NCBI GenBank assembly: GCA_965198065.1
Contig: CBDAON010000004.1
Coordinates: 1,312,001 to 1,376,000, forward strand
Length of the DNA stretch: 64,000 nt
Direction of reading: 5' to 3'
DNA from: Longimicrobiales bacterium
Lineage (GTDB): Bacteria > Gemmatimonadota > Gemmatimonadetes > Longimicrobiales > Gaopeijiaceae
The position numbers were made by a program, and so were the translations under genes. Shown here piece by piece: positions 10,881 through 20,403 of this stretch (within the stretch, counting starts at the first letter, position 1; each line of letters starts with the position of its first letter). The notes below the pieces were generated by a model that saw only the letters and a list, made by a program, of their open reading frames with translations, made no database searches and was not told where the DNA came from.

Positions 10881-11133
10881 GATCGTGCCGTGAGCGGGAC
10901 CGCGGAGGCTTGGGGGTTCGAAGTATCGGATAGCCCCGGACGGCCCCATGCGTTCCCCCCTGGAAGCGACGGTTGGGGCGTGGGTCGGCCCCCCTGGAAG
11001 GTCTTTACGGGCGCCCTCTTCCGCCAGCGGAAACCGTTCTTGACTTTCCCCCACCCACCTCTAGAATTGCCCCGAACTGGGAGCGCGTCTTCCCGGATTC
11101 CGCGCGCACGGAATCAGTGGAGGAGGAAAGTCC

Positions 11134-11379
11134 ATGACGGACCGTGGGGTCTGGCTCTTAGAAGAGTCCTGGGCGGAGCCCGAGCTCTTTACCCAAGACG
11201 AGGGCGACGACGTCGAGGACGAGGATTGGGAAGACGACGAGGGGTGGGACGACGAAGATGAAGAGGACGAGGACTGGGAGGACGAGGACGACGATTGGGA
11301 CGATTGGGGGGACGACGACGACGAGGGCACGGACGAGGGTGGAGGCGGTCGCATTCTGTGGAATCTGCGCGTTGCCTGA
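11134..11379 (+). CDS. Small, highly acidic D/E/W-rich protein
   Basis: Strong RBS GGAGGAGG upstream of ATG; 81 aa low-complexity acidic ORF. Confidence 0.55.
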   Translation: MTDRGVWLLEESWAEPELFTQDEGDDVEDEDWEDDEGWDDEDEEDEDWEDEDDDWDDWGDDDDEGTDEGGGGRILWNLRVA

Positions 11380-11466
11380 CCCAGGCGCGCCCCCCTCCGA
11401 GCCTTTCTCCGGTCTTGTCCGACCCTGACTTATCCCTATCGCGTCCCCGAGGGTCCGCTATACCGC

Positions 11467-12042
11467 GTGGCGGAAGTCGTCCGCCGAAGCCGGTTCATCG
11501 CCTCGCTCGGCCCCGCCCCAGACCCCGAGGAGGCTCAGGCCTTCATCCGTTCCGTGCGACAGTCCTTTCCAGATGCGACGCATCACGCCTGGGCGTACGT
11601 GGTTGGGCCGCCGGCGAGCACCGCCCAGGTGGGCATGAGCGACGACGGGGAGCCGCACGGAACCGCCGGGCGCCCGATTCTGAACGTCCTCCTGCACTCG
11701 GGAATTGGTGACGTCGTGGCCGTGGTCACGCGCTACTTCGGGGGCGTGAAGCTCGGGACGGGCGGCCTCAGCCGCGCGTACGCCGGGGTGGTCAGCCGCG
11801 GCCTCGAGGCACTCCCGACGGCCGAGCGAGCCCGGCTGATCGACGTAACGGTCGAAGTTCCCTTCGCGTCGGCCGACGCCCTCTTTCGGCTCCTGGAGGA
11901 GCTGGGAGCGCGGGACCGGACGGAGAGCTACGGATCGGGAGTCGTCGTTAGGGCCAGGATTCCCGAACGGGCGCTGGAGGAGCTGCGGGCAGGTGTGGCG
12001 ACGTTCACCTCCGGCAGGGGCCGGGTCGTCGAGTCCGCCTGA
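11467..12042 (+). CDS. yigZ: YigZ/IMPACT family protein
   Basis: RSRFIA, DDGEPHGTAGRP, VTRYFGGVKLGTGGL. Confidence 0.93.
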   Translation: MAEVVRRSRFIASLGPAPDPEEAQAFIRSVRQSFPDATHHAWAYVVGPPASTAQVGMSDDGEPHGTAGRPILNVLLHSGIGDVVAVVTRYFGGVKLGTGGLSRAYAGVVSRGLEALPTAERARLIDVTVEVPFASADALFRLLEELGARDRTESYGSGVVVRARIPERALEELRAGVATFTSGRGRVVESA

Positions 12043-12091
12043 AGGGACCCTGGGGCCGCACTCGCGGCCAGCTCGCGGGTAGGGACAGCGC

Positions 12092-12850
12092 GTGACCCCT
12101 CGTCGGAGAGGAGCCCGTGTCCCCACGGGGGCACATCGGGCTCTCGGAAGGCTCTTCAGCACCGCGGCGTTTGTCTCGCTGGCGGCCTCGGCACCCGCAT
12201 GTGCCCAGGGGGACGAGCATCGAGACCGCCGTCTCGAGATGGTGCGAACCCAGATCGAGGCCAGGGGAGTGGAGGATCCGGGTACGCTCGGCGCGATGCG
12301 CTCCGTTCCCCGGCACGAGTTCGTGCCGCCCGCGCTCGTAGAGCAGGCGTACTCCGATCGTCCGCTGCCGATCGGCGAGGGGCAGACGATCTCCCAGCCC
12401 TACATCGTCGCTTTCATGACCGAGCAGCTGGCGCTCGGCCCGGGCGACAGGGTCCTGGAAGTGGGCACCGGGTCCGGGTATCAGGCCGCGGTGCTGGCCG
12501 CCCTAGGCGTCGAGGTGTTCACGATTGAGATTGTGGAGAGCCTGGCCCGCTCTGCCGAGGCCCGGCTCGCCCGCCTGGGGTACGATGTGACCGTACGGCA
12601 TGGGGACGGCTATCTGGGCTGGCCCGAGGAAGCACCTTTCGACGCCGTTGTCGTCACGGCGGCGCCGAACGACATCCCCCAGCCGTTGATCGATCAGCTC
12701 CGTCCGTTGGGACGAATGATCATTCCGGTGGGACCGGCCAACGGGGCGCAGCAATTGGTCCTCCTGAGGAAGGAGGAAGACGGGTCCTTTCGGGCGGAGG
12801 CCGTCTTGCCGGTCCGGTTCGTTCCGTTCGTTCGGGATTCGCAGCGCTGA
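12092..12850 (+). CDS. pcm: Protein-L-isoaspartate O-methyltransferase
   Basis: GQTISQPYIV, VLEVGTGSGYQ, APFDAVVVTAA, VRFVPF. Confidence 0.95.
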   Translation: MTPRRRGARVPTGAHRALGRLFSTAAFVSLAASAPACAQGDEHRDRRLEMVRTQIEARGVEDPGTLGAMRSVPRHEFVPPALVEQAYSDRPLPIGEGQTISQPYIVAFMTEQLALGPGDRVLEVGTGSGYQAAVLAALGVEVFTIEIVESLARSAEARLARLGYDVTVRHGDGYLGWPEEAPFDAVVVTAAPNDIPQPLIDQLRPLGRMIIPVGPANGAQQLVLLRKEEDGSFRAEAVLPVRFVPFVRDSQR

Positions 12851-12899
12851 GGCGAACGTTGAGGCAGGAGAAGTCCCTGGTTAGACTTGCAGGTTCTTG

Positions 12900-12973
<74 letters not shown>

Positions 12974-12998
12974 TTGAACTTACGGTAATCGCGGGCCG

Positions 12999-13029
12999 GA
13001 TTCCCTCCATTTGATTCCCTCCAATTGAT
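12999..13029. repeat. Tandem 14-bp direct repeat, probable integrase arm-type sites
   Basis: GATTCCCTCCATTT GATTCCCTCCAATT GAT between the tRNA 3' end and the integrase stop. Confidence 0.55.
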
Positions 13030-13030
13030 C

Positions 13031-14194
13031 TCAGGAGCGAACCCTCCGGCGCTGCTCAAGGGCGTTCCTGAGTTGCTCCTCGTCAGCCCGCTGGTAGCAC
13101 TGGAGGACCGTCTGCGTGGTCTTCCAGCCGCCGAGTTCGCAGAGCACCTTGAGCGGCTGGTCCATGAGGTCGGAGGCGAACTTCCGCCTCAGGGAGTGCC
13201 AGCCTCTGCCACGCACGGGCTCCAGTCCCGCGAGTTTCTGGGCCTTCTTCCACCAGTCACGCGCCAGTGAACGGCTAACGCTCTTTGAGGGGTCCTTCGG
13301 AGCGGGTAGTACGGGAGTGTCCCCGATCCCGGGGTTCGTCTTTCGCGCCTCTTCCAAGACGGCGATCGCCTCGGCGGTTGCCGGCGTCCGGTGTTCGTAG
13401 CCTGTCTTCTCGTGTTCCCCACGCCATCGGATCACTCCGCCTTCCAAGTCGATGTCCGACCATCGAAGCTGTCGGATCGCACCGATGCGGTGTCCCGTAT
13501 CGTGGGCGAGGACCAGAGCGACGTGAAAGCGCCAGTCCAGCTCCAGATATACTTGGAGCAGGGCTTGGTATTCCGCCTCGGTAAGCACCACCCGCGTCGG
13601 GTTTTTTTCCGTGGGTGTCTTCAGGCCCCTCAGCGGGTTTGCGTCGAGGAGCAGCTCACCCTGCTCGTCCCTCGATTGCGCGGCCCAGTTGAGGACCGCG
13701 AGCAGGAACTTCAAGTCGCATTCGATCATTCGATCGGACACGGGTTTGCCGCTCGGGCCGACCTTGCCCGACCGCCGTTCCCGGATGAACCGATCCCAGT
13801 CTCTCTTGGACAGTGTTGCGGGGTCGCGATCCGGGCCGAAGACCCCGAGGAACATCTCCATTGTGGCCCCATCATACCTCTGGGACTGTCGAGCCTTGGT
13901 GGGCGTCACCTCATTACCGTAGATGTCAAAAAGCGTATCCAGTGTGAGTGGCTCGGGCGCGGCGTCCGCTCCGTCTTCGATCTCCGGCCCGACGTAGCCT
14001 GCGGCGACTTCGTCCGCCTGCTTCTTCGCCCGCGCCCAGTCGCGATGCTTGAGCGACCTGCTCAGCTTACGTCCGCCCTCGCGCCACTGGATCTGGAACA
14101 GACCGGTCTTGGGATCGGGGAATACCCGTACCCGGTTCCGGCCCCATTCGCCGGCGCTGTAGCTGCGCCGACTTCGTTTCGTGCGTGCCATCAT
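13031..14194 (-). CDS. Tyrosine recombinase/integrase of the ICE
   Basis: TGHRIGAI (R), HSLRR (HxxR), GGW, QCY (Y); adjacent to the tRNA. Confidence 0.93.
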   Translation of the reverse strand: MMARTKRSRRSYSAGEWGRNRVRVFPDPKTGLFQIQWREGGRKLSRSLKHRDWARAKKQADEVAAGYVGPEIEDGADAAPEPLTLDTLFDIYGNEVTPTKARQSQRYDGATMEMFLGVFGPDRDPATLSKRDWDRFIRERRSGKVGPSGKPVSDRMIECDLKFLLAVLNWAAQSRDEQGELLLDANPLRGLKTPTEKNPTRVVLTEAEYQALLQVYLELDWRFHVALVLAHDTGHRIGAIRQLRWSDIDLEGGVIRWRGEHEKTGYEHRTPATAEAIAVLEEARKTNPGIGDTPVLPAPKDPSKSVSRSLARDWWKKAQKLAGLEPVRGRGWHSLRRKFASDLMDQPLKVLCELGGWKTTQTVLQCYQRADEEQLRNALEQRRRVRS

Positions 14195-14577
14195 CAGGCT
14201 CCTTGCTCGATGACGGACTGCACGATCTGCGCGGTGGAAACCTCGCGAAGCGAGGGCTTCGCCGCCAGACGCGGGGTAGCCGCTCCGGTCTTACGGGGGA
14301 GGTGCCTCAGGGCGATCCTGGGCGCGCCGGGCCTTCCGGCGTTCGGGATCCTGCCGTCGCGCACGAGGCGGCCGAGATGGTCCGCGGAGTAGCCGCTCTC
14401 CCTGGCGGCGTCGGTCAGCGAGAGGGTGGTCTCGTCCCTCTCCCTGAGCGTGGCCTCGAGCTGTGCCGCGCACGCCTCGAGGGCCACGGCCGGTGTCTCG
14501 CCCCCGTATTGGCGGAGCGTCTTGGCCTGCGTCCGCCAGGCGCCGGGCAAGGTCTCGACGGATGCGCGGCCAGTCAT
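14194..14577 (-). CDS. HTH protein, probable excisionase
   Basis: LSLTDAARESGYSADHLGRLVRDGRIP HTH; stop overlaps the integrase start. Confidence 0.7.
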   Translation of the reverse strand: MTGRASVETLPGAWRTQAKTLRQYGGETPAVALEACAAQLEATLRERDETTLSLTDAARESGYSADHLGRLVRDGRIPNAGRPGAPRIALRHLPRKTGAATPRLAAKPSLREVSTAQIVQSVIEQGA

Positions 14578-14626
14578 GTGCGCATCTCCGGATCCTGGCG
14601 GCCTGCGTCCGGCCAGGTCTCCGCGT

Positions 14627-14941
14627 TCACTCCCACTCGCCCTCGGCATCTCTCTTGAGAGCGCGGGCGAGCTCGGGATCGCCCTCGCCGCGCCGGACTG
14701 AGCGTTCGACGAGATCGACGCGGCGTCCCAGGTCGGAGAGCCCGGCAGCTCGCGCGACGGCGTAGATGGCGGCCGCAACGGCTGCGAGTGCCAGCCCGGC
14801 GTGTACTGCGATCAAGATGCCGTGGTTGGCGAGGATCACCGTCCAGAACGGCGCGAGGAATTCGAGGCGCGGACCGGCGAGCAGCACGGCAGACCCCGCG
14901 ATCGCGGCGGTGAGTCCCGCGCTGATCTTCCAGGGTTGCAT
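14627..14941 (-). CDS. Small membrane protein, unknown function
   Basis: Two hydrophobic segments and a charged C-terminus; co-directional within the operon. Confidence 0.6.
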   Translation of the reverse strand: MQPWKISAGLTAAIAGSAVLLAGPRLEFLAPFWTVILANHGILIAVHAGLALAAVAAAIYAVARAAGLSDLGRRVDLVERSVRRGEGDPELARALKRDAEGEWE

Positions 14942-14950
14942 GGGGGCGGG

Positions 14951-15838
14951 CTAGAGTTCAAGCGCGGCGGGATCCCGGTCGGTCGGCCCTCGCAGGGAGG
15001 AGCGATCTCCGCCGTCGCCCACGCCGAGTGAGCGAAGCAGGCGCGCGGCGGCCGGTCCGTTGGCGTGCATCCGGAACCCGGCGGCCACCTTGGCACGTAT
15101 GGAGCGAGCCCGGTAGTTGCCCGATGCGACCTCAATGTTGACGCGTCCGGTGCGCCCCTCGGAGTCGGTGTACTCGATCTGCGCATCCGGGTAGAGCACG
15201 CGTCCCCGCGCATCGATCGGCAAGCCGAGCTCCTCGGCCACGCGGTGCCGCTCGGCGTCTGCGGCCCGCCGGCCGTCTTTCGCCCGCGCGAACTCGCTCT
15301 TGCGTGCTACGGCGCTCTTGAACTCGCCGTCGAGCCGCACACGGCGGACGGTGGCCCCCTGCTCGATCAGGCGTTGGTGCTCCTGGCGGCAGGCCCGATA
15401 GATGGCGGTGTCGTGCGCGGCTTCGGCGGGCCGGGTACGTGCGAACCCGATCTCCTGGCCGGGATCGATTCCCCGCTCGGCGGCCAGCTTCCGGGCCTCG
15501 GCCACGCCTTTCCGCGTGAGGGTCAGCACCTTGAACGGGTTGCCGTTGGGTCCAGTGGCTCGGGTTTCTTGGGCGAGCCCCTCGCGGATCCAGGCGTTCA
15601 CGGCCCGCCGCGTGGTGTAGGGATGGCCGCCGAAGTGAGCCTCGGCGAGATCGCGGTACGAGACGGCGCCGTAGATGCCGATGTCGGCGAGCGCCCCACG
15701 GCACCGTTCGCGGAAGGAGATGGACCCGCGGTCCCGGCTCGCGTCGTATTCTCGGCGATGGCCGTCCCGCATGCGGTAGATAGCGCGGCTTTGCGGCGCG
15801 GCGGGACGCGGGTCCAATCCGATCGTGCGGTCGAACAT
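14951..15838 (-). CDS. wHTH + PD-(D/E)xK-type protein, Replic_Relax-like candidate relaxase
   Basis: wHTH ending LTLTRKG, AAHDTAIY, YPDAQIEY...VNIEVASGNY; located in the ICE transfer operon. Confidence 0.6.
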   Translation of the reverse strand: MFDRTIGLDPRPAAPQSRAIYRMRDGHRREYDASRDRGSISFRERCRGALADIGIYGAVSYRDLAEAHFGGHPYTTRRAVNAWIREGLAQETRATGPNGNPFKVLTLTRKGVAEARKLAAERGIDPGQEIGFARTRPAEAAHDTAIYRACRQEHQRLIEQGATVRRVRLDGEFKSAVARKSEFARAKDGRRAADAERHRVAEELGLPIDARGRVLYPDAQIEYTDSEGRTGRVNIEVASGNYRARSIRAKVAAGFRMHANGPAAARLLRSLGVGDGGDRSSLRGPTDRDPAALEL

Positions 15839-15861
15839 CTCCTAGGGCTCCTTCCTTGACC

Positions 15862-16890
15862 TCAGCGGCTGGGGCTGAAGCTCCGTTTCGGGACCGGCAG
15901 CGGGAGCTCCGGCCTTGCGGCGTGCAGCGGGTCGGGAGCGCGGGTGGCGGCCACGGCCACCGGCTCCCGTTCGGCCTGTCGATCGCGGTTTCGGGCCAGC
16001 ACGAAGTCGGAGATCTTCTGTGCGTCGGCCGCGGCGCGGCGGATCTCCCTTGGGTCCTCCTCGAGCGCCGCGACCCACCCCTCGACATAAGCGGCCCCCC
16101 GGCTCGGGTCGTGGCCGACGCCCACGCGCTCGCCCGTCATCATTGCGCTGATCTCCGCGCGGAGCTCCTCCTTCGCATAGGCCGGTGAGCCGAACCCTTC
16201 GCCGATCCCTTCGATCAGCGTTGCGCGGTTCATCCGCTCGGGATGGCCGGTGCTGTGCCCCAGCTCGTGGAGCGCGGTCTGGTAGTAGTGGTTGGCCGAG
16301 GGGAACTGCACCCGCTCGGGGAGCACGATCTCGTCGTGGTTCAGGTTGTAGAACGCCCGGTCCCCCGCCACGTGACGGACGGTGACCCCGCTGTCCTCGA
16401 GGACGCGTTCGGCCTGCTGGTGCACCTTCCAGAGCGGCTCGGCCGTTGGTGTGGGCCGGGCCGGCAGCCCGTCGGCCTGCCCGGCGTTGAAGACGTTGTA
16501 CTGCCGGACGACGGGCGTGGGCAGGCGCTCGTGGCGGTAGATGCGCTTGCCTTCGTTGTCCCTGACCGGCCGCCCGCGCTCGTCGGTCACAGAGATCTTC
16601 CGGTGGTCCTGGAAGGAGAGGATGCGGGTGCCCTGCTCGCCTTTTCTGACTTGGCCGCCCCGGGCCTGGATCTGACGGTAGGTTCCCCAGCGGACGTCGG
16701 CGTAGCCGCGTGACTGTGCGACGGCCGCGAGATGCAGGCTGTTCCCTCCCGAGTAGGAGCGTCCAGTATCGACGTTGGCGGGAAGCACACGCTCGCCCGG
16801 CCCCCAGGGCTTCTGCCAGGGCGCAGTGCCCTGGCGGATCTGCTCGATGACCCGGTCGGCGAACTGGCGGTGATATTCGTCGTGTTTCAT
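15862..16890 (-). CDS. ardC: ArdC-family ssDNA-binding antirestriction protein (DUF1738 + zincin-like)
   Basis: APWQKPW, YSGGN, WGTYRQ, VRKGE, ALHELGHSTGH, YAKEELRAE. Confidence 0.9.
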   Translation of the reverse strand: MKHDEYHRQFADRVIEQIRQGTAPWQKPWGPGERVLPANVDTGRSYSGGNSLHLAAVAQSRGYADVRWGTYRQIQARGGQVRKGEQGTRILSFQDHRKISVTDERGRPVRDNEGKRIYRHERLPTPVVRQYNVFNAGQADGLPARPTPTAEPLWKVHQQAERVLEDSGVTVRHVAGDRAFYNLNHDEIVLPERVQFPSANHYYQTALHELGHSTGHPERMNRATLIEGIGEGFGSPAYAKEELRAEISAMMTGERVGVGHDPSRGAAYVEGWVAALEEDPREIRRAAADAQKISDFVLARNRDRQAEREPVAVAATRAPDPLHAARPELPLPVPKRSFSPSR

Positions 16891-17117
16891 CGGTCTTCCT
16901 CCTCGGGGCCGTGCGGATCCTCCGAGGCGTCTCGGATCTCGTCCTCGGTGCCCACGTCCTCGGGGAAGAGGCCGTACTGCTGGGCCAGCGATGCCGGCAC
17001 CTCGAGGGCCTCGCCGCCGTCCCATGCGAGCTCGCGGTCGAAGTCGTCGAGCGTCTCGACGCGGACGATCTTCTCGTCGCTTTCCATGGGTTCACTCCTT
17101 GGCTGTTGGTTCTTCAT
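16887..17117 (-). CDS. Small acidic hypothetical protein
   Basis: RBS GGAGG; stop overlaps the ardC start (ATGA). Confidence 0.55.
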   Translation of the reverse strand: MKNQQPRSEPMESDEKIVRVETLDDFDRELAWDGGEALEVPASLAQQYGLFPEDVGTEDEIRDASEDPHGPEEEDR

Positions 17118-18075
17118 CGTGCTTCCTCCAGACGGTGTCGGTGAGCCAGCGGTTGGCAGCCGAGTCGTAGCTCCGGACCCTGATCGCCTCCTCGACGAAG
17201 CGTCGGCCCCCTCGCCGGGTCATGTGAACGACGAGATGGATGCCGTCGACCACGCCCCTGCAGGTGACCTCCCAGGGGAGCGCCCCTCCTGCCTGCATGG
17301 CGCAACTCGCCAGGCGCGATAGCGCGGAGCGGGCATTGTTGGCGTGGACGGTGGTGAGCGATCCGCCGTGGCCGGTGTTCAGCGCCTGCAGCAGATCGGC
17401 GGCCTCGCCGCCCCTGACCTCGCCGACGACGATGTGGTCGGGCCGATGGCGGAGAGCGTGGCGGACCAGGTCGCGGATCGACACGGGCGCCTCGGAACCC
17501 GCCGCTCCGGCCTCGAAGCGCAGGCAGTTCGCGCGCTCGATCCTGAGCTCGAGCGTGTCCTCGATGGCGACGATGCGCTCCTCCTCTGGGAGCAGCTCGA
17601 TCAGTGCGTTCAAGAGCGTGGTCTTGCCCGAGCCGGTGCCTCCGGAGACCAAGATGTTGCGCCGCGAAGTGAGAGTGTCGCGGGCGACGAGGAACACCTT
17701 TTCCGGCAGGGCGCCCTGCCGCACGAGGTCTTCGGCCGAGAACGCGCGGCCCCCAAACCGGCGGATCGTCATGGCCACGTGGGGGCTCGCGGGCGGCGTG
17801 CATATGGCGACCCGCGAGCCGTCGTCGAGCCGCGCGTCGAGGATGGGGCGCGCGGCCGGATCGAGCCCGAGCGGCCGCGCGATGTGGATGGCCGCCCGGT
17901 AGAGCGCGGCGGCGGTGAGCGCCGGTGCCTCGAGGGGCTCGAGCTCTCCGCCGCGCTCGACCCAGACGTTGCCGGGGCCGTTGATCATCAGCTCGGAGAC
18001 CTCCAGGTCCTCGAGCACGCCCTCGAGGCCCGGCAGGAACGGCTTCAGGTGGCCGATTCCGCTTGCGCGCTTCAT
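17092..18075 (-). CDS. virB11: VirB11/TrbB/CpaF-type secretion ATPase
   Basis: SGGTGSGKTT, IEDTLEL, RHRPDHIVVGEVRG, NTGHGGSLTTVHAN; ATG overlaps the virD4 stop. Confidence 0.9.
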   Translation of the reverse strand: MKRASGIGHLKPFLPGLEGVLEDLEVSELMINGPGNVWVERGGELEPLEAPALTAAALYRAAIHIARPLGLDPAARPILDARLDDGSRVAICTPPASPHVAMTIRRFGGRAFSAEDLVRQGALPEKVFLVARDTLTSRRNILVSGGTGSGKTTLLNALIELLPEEERIVAIEDTLELRIERANCLRFEAGAAGSEAPVSIRDLVRHALRHRPDHIVVGEVRGGEAADLLQALNTGHGGSLTTVHANNARSALSRLASCAMQAGGALPWEVTCRGVVDGIHLVVHMTRRGGRRFVEEAIRVRSYDSAANRWLTDTVWRKHDEEPTAKE

Positions 18076-20111
18076 ATCCGGCCCTCCTCGCGGAGCCGCC
18101 AGTAGCCCACGTCCCTCGGCAAGTAGTGGGGCTTCAGGTAGACGCGCCGGGCAGGGAGCGACTTCGTGCCGTCGTAGGGCAGACAGATCGCCTGGTAGTT
18201 GGCCAACAGCGCGAACTCGCGCGGCGTGAACACGGGCTCCCTCTGCTGCCGGAACGACTTGCTCGCGCCGATCGTGCCGCGGCCCCCTCCGGCGCGTCCC
18301 GACAGCAGCGAGAACTCCGGGCGGCCCGTGGTCTCGGTGAACGTGTAGGAGGGCTGCGTCTTCATGACGCTCCCGCACATCTCGGACGCGATCCGGGCCG
18401 ACGACTCGTCGCTCAAGGACAGGAAGATCCGGGTGCGGAGCGTCTGGACCAGGGTGCGCCAGGCCTCCGTGCCCGACAGCACGGAGCGGAGCGAGGAGAT
18501 CGACTGCGTGGCCACGATCGGGATGCAGCGGCACTGCCGCGTCAGCGCGAACGCCTTCTCGTCTCCGGACGGATCGTCCTGGCCCACGGTGGCGAACGCC
18601 TGGTACTCGTCGCAGATGAACACTGCGGGCCGGAGGTAGCGGCCGGGCTGGCGGGCGGCCTCGGCAGGCCGCCGGAGCAACGCCTGTATCCAGGCATTCT
18701 TCAGCAGCACGCCGATAGCGCGTCCGAGCGCCGGGTTGGCGCCCGCGGGCATGTTGAGGGCGAGGACCCGGCCCTCTTCGATCAGCTCGGCGAGCGGTGG
18801 CAGCCGGCGGCGGAGCCCCGGCATGGGCCGGACGGCCTCGGGGTCTTCGTCCGGCGCAGCACTATACATATGTATGGATTCATCCGGCTCCGGAGGAGGC
18901 GGACAGAACATGCTCGCGACCTGCGGCTGGTCGAAGAGGGACAGGAAGACCGAGATGCCCTCGACGATGGAGGTGCGGAGCTTGGGGTCGAGCGCCATCC
19001 AGTCGTTCAGGTACCAGCGCTCGATCGCCTCCACCTGCTCCCTGAGCTCGCTGCCCGCGCCGCCCTCGCTCTCCTCGGTCTCGAACGGGATCTCGAGCTC
19101 GGCGAGCCGATCGCTCAACCCGGGATCGAGCTGGCAGGTGGCCTTATCGGTGCCGGCCACCGGCTCCCAGGCCCAGTCCTCGAGAGACTCCTTGTGCGTG
19201 AACAGATCGCTGCCGGCGACGGTGACCCGGACCGGGCAGAGGCGGGCGACCAGATCCCGGGCCGCGCCGATCTTTCGCGCGAACAGCTCCGCGTCGATCG
19301 TGCAGCGGTAGATGTCCTGGAGCGTGACCCAGCCCCCCGGCAAGAGCCGGTGCAGTTCGATGATCCAGCGCACGAGGTTCGTGTAGGCTTGCTGCCAGAA
19401 CGGTTCGCGACTCTTGCCGAAGAGCTGGTTGATCAGGGAGGCGACGCTGTAGGCGAGCGAATAGGTGTCGAGCAGCGGATCGTCGAGTGGGTTCCACTGC
19501 CAGGCGCCGCCGAGGCCGATCTCCAGGTAGTCGTCCCCGCGCCCGGCGCCTTCGAGGATCCGGCGCACGCTATGACAGAAGTCGCCCTTGACCTCTAGCA
19601 CCAGGGCGCTGGCCCGTCGTGCGGGCCGGTCGGCCTGCCAGGAGAGGAGCTGCTGGGCGAACGGATACATGCAGGCTGAGGTCTTGCCGGAGCCGACCGC
19701 CCCGACGATGAGCACGCCCGTATACAGCCCCGTCTCGGGGATCACGAGCCAGGAGGGCCGCTCGCTCTCGCGCGGGACGACGGGATGGTGGAGCTCGCCG
19801 ATCACGAGCGATGGTGTCTCGTCCTCGGGCGAGGCGGGCCAGGGTGGCAACGTGCCCCGGCGCCCTCCTCCCGCTCGTGGCTGGAGCCAGACTCTCCAGA
19901 CCGAGAGGCCGAGGCTGCCGAAGAGCACCACGGCGACGGCGGGCGCCACGTAGTACCAGACGCGGATCACCGTGTGGAAGCCCGGATCGTGGTAGGCGAT
20001 CAAGTCCAGCACGGGGTTGCCGCCGGGGCCGGGGAACGGCGCCCGGAACGCGTGAGCGATGGCGGCCGCCGAAGCGAGGCCCACGAGTACGAGCGTCGCG
20101 GGCTTCAGCAT
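18072..20111 (-). CDS. virD4: Type IV coupling protein (VirD4/TraG-like)
   Basis: N-terminal TM segments, GAVGSGKT, LEVKGDF, FICDEYQ, VATQS. Confidence 0.85.
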   Translation of the reverse strand: MLKPATLVLVGLASAAAIAHAFRAPFPGPGGNPVLDLIAYHDPGFHTVIRVWYYVAPAVAVVLFGSLGLSVWRVWLQPRAGGGRRGTLPPWPASPEDETPSLVIGELHHPVVPRESERPSWLVIPETGLYTGVLIVGAVGSGKTSACMYPFAQQLLSWQADRPARRASALVLEVKGDFCHSVRRILEGAGRGDDYLEIGLGGAWQWNPLDDPLLDTYSLAYSVASLINQLFGKSREPFWQQAYTNLVRWIIELHRLLPGGWVTLQDIYRCTIDAELFARKIGAARDLVARLCPVRVTVAGSDLFTHKESLEDWAWEPVAGTDKATCQLDPGLSDRLAELEIPFETEESEGGAGSELREQVEAIERWYLNDWMALDPKLRTSIVEGISVFLSLFDQPQVASMFCPPPPEPDESIHMYSAAPDEDPEAVRPMPGLRRRLPPLAELIEEGRVLALNMPAGANPALGRAIGVLLKNAWIQALLRRPAEAARQPGRYLRPAVFICDEYQAFATVGQDDPSGDEKAFALTRQCRCIPIVATQSISSLRSVLSGTEAWRTLVQTLRTRIFLSLSDESSARIASEMCGSVMKTQPSYTFTETTGRPEFSLLSGRAGGGRGTIGASKSFRQQREPVFTPREFALLANYQAICLPYDGTKSLPARRVYLKPHYLPRDVGYWRLREEGRI

Positions 20112-20160
20112 CGCGCTGGCACCCTTCCCGGAGGGATACATGGCCGGGAGCGACCCCGCC

Positions 20161-20397
20161 GGGGGCAGAGCGTGTGAAAACACGCACGCCCCCACGCCAT
20201 CACTAGGGCGTCCGCGGGCGGGGTCGCTCCCATATCCGCCTCATCGGCCCGTCTGGCCACGTCCGGCCGGGCAGCTGAGGCGTAAGACGCAGTGGCGTCG
20301 GCGCATATGCGGTGGGCCGCGTGTGAATCAGGGCCGGGCCATTCTGTGAATCGACCCCCCGCGTCGTTTTCACGTCCTAGTGGTGGCATGACACGCA
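20161..20397. other. Highly structured intergenic segment (candidate oriT, ssDNA signal or ncRNA)
   Basis: GCGTGT-GAAA-ACACGC hairpin; 15-bp long-range stem 20196-20210/20373-20387; nested GCCTCA/TGAGGC stem; repeated TGTGAA. Confidence 0.45.
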
Positions 20398-20403
20398 GGC
20401 CGG

